Origin: a virus | Reading direction: 5' to 3' (one strand) | Virus record (IMG/VR): IMGVR_UViG_3300001202_000005 | Span: 1 to 40,646 of that record | DNA length: 40,646 nt | Shown here: piece by piece, positions 1 to 5,764 of the stretch | Numbering within the stretch: position 1 is the stretch's first letter | Layout of the letters: the number at the start of each line of letters is the position of its first letter | The notes under the pieces: model-generated | The model's database searches: none | What the model was told of the DNA's origin: nothing | What the model saw: only the letters and a program-made list of their open reading frames with translations | Program-made: the position numbers and the translations under genes

Positions 1-49
1 CATTTCCATAGTCATTGCAAGCTCTAGTAAGCTTAATTTCAGTGAATAA
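1..49. repeat. 49-bp direct terminal repeat, left copy (identical to 40598..40646)
   Basis: catttccatagtcattgcaagctctagtaagcttaatttcagtgaataa was read at both ends of the window. This is typical of a circular assembly overlap or a short terminal redundancy. Confidence 0.95.
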
Positions 50-94
50 ATCCATACCTTTTGTCATTTCATTGTAAAGTTCTTGTAAATCCAT
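1..94 (-). CDS. hypothetical protein, 5' part of a 55-aa gene split by linearisation (continues 40646..40524)
   Basis: The ATG at 94..92 overlaps the stop of the upstream ORF. The frame stays open to position 1 and continues in frame through the repeated 49 bp to the TAG at 40526..40524 (MDLQELYNEMTKGMDLFTEIKLTRACNDYGNDVVLLGLELISVLEEYNEVFNFND). Confidence 0.6.
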   Translation of the reverse strand, partial: MDLQELYNEMTKGMDLFTEIKLTRACNDYGN

Positions 95-342
95 TATGCT
101 ACCTCCTCTAGATGGCGTTTAAATACATTGTAGGCACTCTCTAAGTAGTGATTTTCGCTCGGTACGACTCTATGAAGCATTTTATATGTCTCAAATAGAG
201 CTACGTTGAAATCGTTATGGCTCATATAAGGCTCATTTTGGTGCTTCTCAGCTCGATGCGTAAGTAAGCCTATACGTAGGCTAGGGTCGGTTCCTAAAAG
301 CCTTGAAATCCTTGATTTTGAAAGTATTTCTGTTTTAGTCAT
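94..342 (-). CDS. hypothetical early protein (82 aa from ATG 342; the track uses TTG 348)
   Basis: AGAGGAG SD lies 7 nt upstream of ATG 342. The ORF is co-directional and overlaps both neighbours. No motif recognised. Confidence 0.75.
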   Translation of the reverse strand: MTKTEILSKSRISRLLGTDPSLRIGLLTHRAEKHQNEPYMSHNDFNVALFETYKMLHRVVPSENHYLESAYNVFKRHLEEVA

Positions 343-493
343 TATCAAACTCCTCTTTTACTGAATCCCCAACGCCTCTAAGGCTTCTACTTGAACTTAA
401 GTAGTCTTGTATTATATCTTGGTAGTCAAATTCACTTAGTGGTTTCTCGTGTTTTTCAAAATCAAAATCAATACTTAAATTAAAACTGTCCAT
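335..493 (-). CDS. small acidic hypothetical protein (52 aa, below the ORF-track cutoff)
   Basis: The GGAGGATATTATG start is at 493 and the ORF fills the 348..503 gap. Translation: MDSFNLSIDFDFEKHEKPLSEFDYQDIIQDYLSSSRSLRGVGDSVKEEFDND. It overlaps the next start by 8 nt. Confidence 0.65.
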   Translation of the reverse strand: MDSFNLSIDFDFEKHEKPLSEFDYQDIIQDYLSSSRSLRGVGDSVKEEFDND

Positions 494-502
494 AATATCC
501 TC

Positions 503-748
503 CTATTTGTTTCTTTCCCAAAGCGTAAGTGCTTCAGATTCGTTCATTTCTATATTGTAAGCCTCTTCAGGCAACCCATATATGTCAATTATAGCCTCAA
601 GTTGTTCGTCGTCTAAATAGTCTCCTAGACCGTCAAATGCTTCATTATCTATAAACATAGCACTAACTAATTCTATTTCACCACAATCATTAAACTCGTA
701 GTCAAATGTATCTAGTGATACTTCTAATTCATCTATAAAATATTTCAT
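503..748 (-). CDS. very acidic small hypothetical protein (81 aa)
   Basis: ORF in the early leftward operon. I counted about 24 D/E versus 3 K/R in the translation. Its start overlaps the stop of the upstream ORF. Confidence 0.8.
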   Translation of the reverse strand: MKYFIDELEVSLDTFDYEFNDCGEIELVSAMFIDNEAFDGLGDYLDDEQLEAIIDIYGLPEEAYNIEMNESEALTLWERNK

Positions 749-978
749 GATAACCCCTTTTCTAAACAGTTATACCAATTAGTGAAAAACGAATCATAGT
801 CATCAAGATCAGTGATAGTTATTGGATTTACAGGATTATCTAATATATACTCAATAATTTTTAAATAATTATCGGTATTAAACTCTCCTGTATAATATTC
901 TTCTTGCATTCTATTCTCAAAGTCTGACTCTAATAAACCATCTAATTGTATAAACTCTTCTAATGTATATATTTTCAT
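745..978 (-). CDS. acidic small hypothetical protein (77 aa)
   Basis: AGGAG SD upstream of ATG 978. About 17 D/E versus 4 K/R. Start-stop overlaps on both sides. Confidence 0.8.
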   Translation of the reverse strand: MKIYTLEEFIQLDGLLESDFENRMQEEYYTGEFNTDNYLKIIEYILDNPVNPITITDLDDYDSFFTNWYNCLEKGLS

Positions 979-1139
979 TAAAACTCTCCTTTCATTTTAG
1001 ATTCAATAACGCTATGTACATTTACTTTAGTACTTTCTAATTGCTTAACCATAAAGGTAATGGTCTTAATACTCAATAGCCCTACAATAAAAACAATAAA
1101 TGTTGCTTTCAATACTTCTAACTTAAAATTCTCTTTCAT
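978..1139 (-). CDS. small membrane protein (53 aa), first gene of the leftward early operon
   Basis: AAAGGAGAAAAGATG start at 1139. One hydrophobic helix (ATFIVFIVGLLSIKTITFMV). The longer track version (to 1310) would run through the predicted promoter and has no SD. Confidence 0.7.
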   Translation of the reverse strand: MKENFKLEVLKATFIVFIVGLLSIKTITFMVKQLESTKVNVHSVIESKMKGEF

Positions 1140-1170
1140 CTTTTCTCCTTTGTGATGATTTGTTAATAAA

Positions 1171-1179
1171 ATTATAACA
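1171..1179 (-). promoter_or_regulatory. extended -10 promoter element TGTTATAAT for the leftward early operon
   Basis: The minus strand reads TGTTATAAT (1179..1171), a perfect TGnTATAAT about 30 nt upstream of the SD of the 978..1139 gene. There is no good -35, which extended -10 promoters tolerate. Confidence 0.45.
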
Positions 1180-1262
1180 TAAATAAAAATATATTCTACA
1201 TTCAATACAACAAATGTATATAAACATAATAATATTAAATAGTTACAGTATATAATAATTAC

Positions 1263-1281
1263 ATTGGGCAAGATCGGGCAA
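1263..1281. repeat. tandem direct repeat ATTGGGCAA / ATCGGGCAA (10-bp period)
   Basis: Read directly at 1263-1271 and 1273-1281 in non-coding DNA. Confidence 0.7.
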
Positions 1282-1343
1282 CCATTAATAGTGCCATCAA
1301 TGCAAGGCAATCAATATCGTAGTAACTTATGATGCTGGATGAG

Positions 1344-1365
1344 CTCTAAGGGGTTCTAGTTAGAG
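1344..1365. repeat. inverted repeat CTCTAA-N10-TTAGAG
   Basis: Perfect 6-bp arms at 1344-1349 and 1360-1365. The loop carries the word GGGGTT that recurs at 1818-1823. Confidence 0.5.
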
Positions 1366-1380
1366 AGAGTATGGACATTC

Positions 1381-1401
1381 ACATATAATAGTACATATAA
1401 T
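1381..1401. repeat. tandem direct repeat ACATATAAT x2 (12-bp period)
   Basis: ACATATAAT at 1381-1389 and 1393-1401. Each copy contains a TATAAT hexamer. Confidence 0.7.
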
Positions 1402-1447
1402 GTGTTCCGCTACTTGCCTCGCGGTCGGTCACCTTCATTAGTACATT

Positions 1448-1803
1448 GATGCACGCCACAATACTAACACCCTAGTGAACCATTAAAGCACGCCAATATA
1501 ATATGTCCCAAATTCTCCACCACTTCGTCATAGTTACACCAATTATGGCACGCACATTTATACCCTATAATGATACTTATCGGTAATAACTTTAGTTGGC
1601 ACGATTGTAAGTAGCTGAAATTATATGCCCCCACCCTCTTTATAGGGGGGTACCTTCATCTGTGGAAAACAAAATAAAGTATACATGGTACGCACAATTT
1701 TTTCCTAATTTCGGAACACATCTAGTAATATCAACTACTTACGCACGTTTAACTCTTTTTTTATCGATAAAATAGAGTTGGGTTGGTCAATGTTGGTCAC
1801 GCC
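1448..1803. repeat. dispersed iteron-like motif family, core GCACGC(C)ACAAT
   Basis: Clear copies: GCACGCCACA 1451, GCACGCCAAT 1488, GCACGCACAT 1548, TACGCACAAT 1689. Degenerate copies: GCACGA 1599, ACGCACG 1741, GGTCACGCC 1795. All are in the same orientation with 37-91 bp spacing. Confidence 0.6.
1628..1650. repeat. G/C-rich hairpin CCCCC(A)CCCT-CTTTAT-AGGGGGG
   Basis: The C-run at 1628-1637 is complementary to the G-run at 1644-1650. It is a local GC island in AT-rich non-coding DNA. Confidence 0.45.
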
Positions 1804-1905
1804 TTCTCTAATATAAAGGGGTTAGAGGGAACCCGAACCTGATTTCAGGGGGTTGCGACCCTAGGAGCGGAACGAATCATTGGTCACGGATTGGTCTTGA
1901 CCAAT
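1783..1905. promoter_or_regulatory. TTGGTCA operator-like half-sites (direct pair plus palindrome)
   Basis: TTGGTCA at 1783-1789, 1793-1799 and 1880-1886. TTGGTCT at 1891-1897. Inverted TGACCAA at 1898-1904. ATTGGTCA/TGACCAAT forms a perfect 8-bp inverted repeat (1879-1886 / 1898-1905). Confidence 0.5.
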
Positions 1906-1926
1906 ATACCTTACTAGTAATACAAT
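1897..1926 (+). promoter_or_regulatory. sigma70-like promoter TTGACC-18 nt-TACAAT for the rightward block
   Basis: -35 TTGACC at 1897-1902 and -10 TACAAT at 1921-1926. The ATG of the first plus-strand ORF lies 7 nt downstream (1933) with no SD. Confidence 0.4.
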
Positions 1927-1932
1927 AGTACT

Positions 1933-2253
1933 ATGATACCAGTTAAAAAAGCAAAGATCGGATGTTTTACTTATGATATAATTCTTAGTAAAGCCAAACA
2001 AATGTCTAGCCACGGTGAAACGAATATAGATACCAAACAAATAATAGTGTATCCAAACGGAAACGAAGACGTAGTTAAAGAAACTCTCCAACACGAGATT
2101 TTGCACGCACTATTAGAAGATATAATACCTACCATAAAAGAGATAGAATCTGAAGATAAAATGGAGGAACAACTAATACGTTTACTTAGTCCAAGATTGA
2201 TGAGTTTCGTATTAGATAATCCAAAACTAGCTAAATACATATGGAATCTGTAG
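1933..2253 (+). CDS. small HExxH metallopeptidase-like protein (ImmA/IrrE- or SprT-like, 106 aa)
   Basis: Motif KETLQHEILHALLED (HExxH) is preceded by G-x-T...I-I-V, as in small Zn-peptidase domains. It is the first ORF of the plus-strand block. Confidence 0.45.
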   Translation: MIPVKKAKIGCFTYDIILSKAKQMSSHGETNIDTKQIIVYPNGNEDVVKETLQHEILHALLEDIIPTIKEIESEDKMEEQLIRLLSPRLMSFVLDNPKLAKYIWNL

Positions 2254-2261
2254 GAGGGAAA

Positions 2262-2471
2262 ATGTTACTAGATAAGGAAACACAGGAAATTGCAGAGCAG
2301 ATTATGAAGCAAATGATAAATATTATCATGGGTGCAGTAAGAAAAGAAATAAGAGAGACAATGGTCAAGGAGGACGGCATGGTAAATGGATTTACTTTGC
2401 TTAAAACTCTCAAGGAATTAGAGAAAGAGTTAGATATGCTTAATGTAGAGGTAGACGATGGACGATCCTAG
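2262..2471 (+). CDS. hypothetical protein (69 aa from ATG 2262)
   Basis: GGAGGGAAAATG SD/start at 2262, directly after the upstream stop (2253). Coiled-coil-like K/E-rich sequence. Confidence 0.7.
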   Translation: MLLDKETQEIAEQIMKQMINIIMGAVRKEIRETMVKEDGMVNGFTLLKTLKELEKELDMLNVEVDDGRS

Positions 2472-2631
2472 AGACATGTTAAAAGCACTCTGTATAGCAG
2501 CCAATAACTGCATTATGAAGGGTTCTTTTAGTGGAGATGACATCCATGAAGCATCTAGAATTATGGTGCAATGTAAGCTTATTTTGGAGCAATTAGAAGA
2601 TGAAAAAGAATATACCAGAACAGACACTTAA
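2458..2631 (+). CDS. possible small hypothetical protein (57 aa, below the track cutoff)
   Basis: The open frame MDDPRDMLKALCIAANNCIMKG... fills the 2471..2600 gap. It overlaps both neighbours and has no strong SD. Confidence 0.35.
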   Translation: MDDPRDMLKALCIAANNCIMKGSFSGDDIHEASRIMVQCKLILEQLEDEKEYTRTDT

Positions 2632-3121
2632 ACTAGCTAAAACTAGATATATGGGTCACGAGCCTTTGTCTAAAATATGTAAAGATTTAGAGGTTCCTAG
2701 ATCTTCATTACAATATTATGTCAACCTAGAGTGGAAGCATGAAAGGGAGCTAGCCGAAAATGAAGTAATTTCAGCTTTTGCAGATAGTCGTGTTTCAGTA
2801 CTAAATAAGATCTCTAAACATAGTGCGGATATTATACTAAAATCCTTAGAGTCACTAAGCAAGAGAGAAAAACCACCAACAGTTATTGAAGCTAGAGCAG
2901 CAGTTACTATATTTGAATCTTTAGATAAAATCATGAGATTAGATAAAGGTTCACCAACTGATATTATAGGTGAAACTAAACCAATGACAATAATAGAGCT
3001 AAAACAAGAGTTTGCTCAAATTGACCCATTCTACATAGAGGAAAAAAATGACAAAATTATTACAGACGACAGTACTAGTATTACTAATGATGGCGACAGC
3101 GTTGAGTCCAGAAATTCATGA
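2600..3121 (+). CDS. putative terminase small subunit / HTH DNA-binding protein
   Basis: N-terminal helix-turn-helix-like segment (PLSKICKDLEVPRSSLQYYV). Acidic C-terminus. Located upstream of terL. Confidence 0.45.
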   Translation: MKKNIPEQTLKLAKTRYMGHEPLSKICKDLEVPRSSLQYYVNLEWKHERELAENEVISAFADSRVSVLNKISKHSADIILKSLESLSKREKPPTVIEARAAVTIFESLDKIMRLDKGSPTDIIGETKPMTIIELKQEFAQIDPFYIEEKNDKIITDDSTSITNDGDSVESRNS

Positions 3122-3761
3122 TAGATATATCCACTCACATGACAATTCTGTAGTCAAATTAGTTAACCCAAAAGGTGGTTCTGGTTCAGGATTTGTAATT
3201 AAACTAAAAGGTAAAAAATTCATACTCACTAATAAGCACGTATGTATGATGAATAAAGGCGGAGATTTATCCGCACTAGATAACAAAGGTGGAGACACTA
3301 TTGTTAGGGTATTAGTAGCTTCTAGAAACTACGATCTCTGTCTAATGACTTCTAGACAAGATTTACCGGCTTTAAAACTAGCTAGGTCTTATGATTTATT
3401 TGACAATGCTTACGTTATAGGACACCCTTTAGGGCTCCCGATTACTATGACTAAAGGTAGATTAACTTCAAAAGAAATCATTCAATTACCTGTTAGTTGT
3501 AAAGAAAAATATGATAGAAAAATAAAAGTACCTCCTCTATATAGGATAATATTAGGCATATCAGAACTATGTATAAAAAACCATAATTCAGTTAGAATAC
3601 ATGCACCTATTTATCCTGGAAATTCAGGTTCTCCAGTATTAAATATATGGGGTAACGTATCAGGTGTTGTTTTTGCAGGGTCTACTAAGGCAGAGTTTGC
3701 TTCCTATATTATACCTTTAGAAGATGTTAGAAGATTTTTAAAGTCTATTAGAGTTAGATAA
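3048..3761 (+). CDS. secreted trypsin-like (S1/S1C-type) serine protease
   Basis: Catalytic triad contexts GSGFVI..ILTNKHV (His), YDLCLM (Asp) and GNSGSPVL (Ser). N-terminal signal-like segment MTKLLQTTVLVLLMMATALS. AGAGGA SD before ATG 3048. Confidence 0.85.
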   Translation: MTKLLQTTVLVLLMMATALSPEIHDRYIHSHDNSVVKLVNPKGGSGSGFVIKLKGKKFILTNKHVCMMNKGGDLSALDNKGGDTIVRVLVASRNYDLCLMTSRQDLPALKLARSYDLFDNAYVIGHPLGLPITMTKGRLTSKEIIQLPVSCKEKYDRKIKVPPLYRIILGISELCIKNHNSVRIHAPIYPGNSGSPVLNIWGNVSGVVFAGSTKAEFASYIIPLEDVRRFLKSIRVR

Positions 3762-4006
3762 TGTTATTTGGTTGGTTATCTACTATATGTTTTAGTTTAT
3801 GTGCTTTACCGCAGGCATATAGATGCTATAAGACAAAAGACGCTACCGGACTAAGCTCAATAATGTTGGCATTATGGTTTATAGGGGAAATTTGTGCTAT
3901 TATATACGTATTACCTTCTCAAAATATACCATTATTAACGAATTACGTCATTAATTTAATAATACTATCATATATAATAAAGGTAAAACTTGAAGACTTC
4001 AGCTAA
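3761..4006 (+). CDS. PQ-loop / SemiSWEET-like 3-TM membrane protein (81 aa)
   Basis: LCALPQAYRCYKTKDATGLS matches the PQ-loop signature (PQ..k..k....g.S). Three hydrophobic helices, and the length is typical of SemiSWEET. TAATG coupling to the protease gene. Confidence 0.6.
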   Translation: MLFGWLSTICFSLCALPQAYRCYKTKDATGLSSIMLALWFIGEICAIIYVLPSQNIPLLTNYVINLIILSYIIKVKLEDFS

Positions 4007-5486
4007 CACAGCCGCTAAACTAACACTACAAATAATGAAGGATCTCCATAAGTACTGGAAACCACATGAAGGTCAAATAGAGGCTTTAAAACCATTATAT
4101 GACACTAATACAGAATCTAACCTTATATTTACACAATGTGGACGTAAGTTTGGAAAGACAGATTTAGCAGTATATTGTCTATGGAGACATGCTCTATTGA
4201 ATCCGGGATCTATGTGCTATTATATAGGACCTCAACTAGATCACGCTAGAAAACTAATTTGGAATAATAGAAGATTACAGAAATTTGGCTGTGAAAGGGA
4301 TGAAAGAGGTAATATTGTACCTGGAGGAGAAGATGCTCTTAATAAATATATAGATAAAGTTAATGAATCTAAGTCAGTTATTAAATTTAAGAACGGATCT
4401 AGAATTGAAATTATTGGTTCCGAAAACTGGGGAGCAGCAAACGGATTAACGCCTGATTTTGTTGTCTATGATGAATTTAAAATGTTTAAAAGACAATGGC
4501 ATACTGAATTTAACCCAAACAGGATTGCCAAAGCTGCACCACTAGTAATTATTGGAACACCTCCTAAGCCGGGGGACTTAAATAAAGAAGAATATATAGC
4601 TATTGCTGAACAGGCTAAGCAAAGAGAAGATCAACATCATATTATTAGAGATTCTTTCTGTAACCCACATATAGATCCTAAAGAAACATTAAGAGAAATA
4701 GAAGCTCTTAAAGAAAGAGGAGATCACGATGTTATTGAAAGAGAGTATTTTGGTAAGTTAGTATATGGTGGAGCCGCATCTATTTTTCCTATGTTAAATA
4801 GAGATAGACACGTACATAAACACTCAGAAATGATGTACGAAATAAGAAGAGATTTAAAGAAAATGGATTGGTTTTGCATTACAGACCCAGGAACTACGAC
4901 TTGTTTTGCAGCATTAATAGGTTGTATTAATCCATATACTAAACAAATATATTTACTAGATGAGTTATATGAAACAGATCAATTAAACACTTCTACACGT
5001 AAAATGGTGCCCCAAATGCAGGCTAAAGCTAGAGCGGTGCATCCAAGGTCTGATTTTGAAGATGACTGGTATAAAGTATACGACGAAGCAGCCGCGTGGT
5101 TTGCCAATGAAACAATGGATCAATTCGGAATTTATTTCACGCCCACAGCTAAACACATGAATAAGAAGGAACACGGAATATCTCTAGTTAAAGACATATT
5201 AATACATGATTTAGTCAAAATATCAGATAGATGTATATATCTAATAAAAGAGATGCTAGAGTACGTTAAAGACGATAAAGGCAATATTCCTAAGAAAGAT
5301 GACCATTTAATTGACTGTTTTCGATACTTATTGGCTCACGATGGGTATAACATGGTAGAAGCAATAGAGGTTATTAAGCAGAAAGATTCAGGTAGAGGTC
5401 ATTCTAGGTCTCTAGATAACGATTGGAAGTGGAAAGAAGACCAGTTAGAGGACTGGACCAAAATAGCGGATCGTTTCTGGGAGTAA
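3990..5486 (+). CDS. terL: terminase large subunit
   Basis: Walker A-like QCGRKFGKTD and Walker B FVVYDE. C-terminal nuclease-type acidic motifs (CITDPG, DDHLIDCFRY). Followed by the portal gene. The start is uncertain (TTG 3990 or ATG 4035). Confidence 0.9.
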   Translation: MKTSANTAAKLTLQIMKDLHKYWKPHEGQIEALKPLYDTNTESNLIFTQCGRKFGKTDLAVYCLWRHALLNPGSMCYYIGPQLDHARKLIWNNRRLQKFGCERDERGNIVPGGEDALNKYIDKVNESKSVIKFKNGSRIEIIGSENWGAANGLTPDFVVYDEFKMFKRQWHTEFNPNRIAKAAPLVIIGTPPKPGDLNKEEYIAIAEQAKQREDQHHIIRDSFCNPHIDPKETLREIEALKERGDHDVIEREYFGKLVYGGAASIFPMLNRDRHVHKHSEMMYEIRRDLKKMDWFCITDPGTTTCFAALIGCINPYTKQIYLLDELYETDQLNTSTRKMVPQMQAKARAVHPRSDFEDDWYKVYDEAAAWFANETMDQFGIYFTPTAKHMNKKEHGISLVKDILIHDLVKISDRCIYLIKEMLEYVKDDKGNIPKKDDHLIDCFRYLLAHDGYNMVEAIEVIKQKDSGRGHSRSLDNDWKWKEDQLEDWTKIADRFWE

Positions 5487-5539
5487 TCCTTGCATAATTA
5501 CACATAATTGTATTAATATAATACTATAGGGAGATTTTT

Positions 5540-5761
5540 ATGGGTTCTATGACGATTGGTGTAGCTATAGCGGCTTGTATAATAAGTAGTATTAGTCTTA
5601 TAATAGGATTATATTGTTTAGTAAAGGTTTTAGCCATGGAGAAGAGTACACATTCTGTCCAGTATGTACCTTTAGATGAAGCTTGGGCTACAGAAGATAA
5701 AGAGATTGATAAGATCAATAAGCAATTTAAAGAAGACACTGAAGAATTTTTTGGGATATAA
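5540..5761 (+). CDS. small membrane protein (73 aa)
   Basis: GGGAGATTTTTATG start. N-terminal TM helix and acidic C-terminus. Confidence 0.7.
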   Translation: MGSMTIGVAIAACIISSISLIIGLYCLVKVLAMEKSTHSVQYVPLDEAWATEDKEIDKINKQFKEDTEEFFGI

Positions 5762-5764
5762 TAA

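Noticed and set aside
978-1310. Long forms of three tracked ORFs: 978..1310, 38677..39201 and 20441..20884.
   Set aside because: In each case an internal ATG (with a strong SD for the first two) gives a sensible product (starts at 1139, 39150 and 20594). The N-terminal extensions run through predicted promoters or overlap the preceding gene, and they look like translated AT-rich non-coding sequence.
1140-1932. The repeat-rich non-coding region as a possible CRISPR array or tRNA cluster.
   Set aside because: The repeats are only 7-12 bp, imperfect and irregularly spaced (37-91 bp), unlike CRISPR repeats (over 20 bp with a regular period). I could find no cloverleaf or GTTCRANYC T-loop-type tRNA signature by eye here or elsewhere.
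1783-2253. Operator-like palindromes plus an ImmA-like HExxH protein as evidence for a lysogeny switch (temperate lifestyle).
   Set aside because: No integrase, recombinase, partition system or recognisable CI/Cro-type HTH repressor is present. The evidence supports regulated transcription, not temperateness.
5514-5536. TAATATAATACTATAGGGAGA resembles the 3' half of a T7-type phage promoter (..CACTATAGGGAGA). A related TATAATACTAT word occurs at 14115-14125.
   Set aside because: No phage-type single-subunit RNA polymerase gene is present. GGGAGA here is positioned as the SD for the ATG at 5540. The upstream half of the T7 consensus is missing. The resemblance is most simply an AT-rich -10-like sequence plus an RBS.
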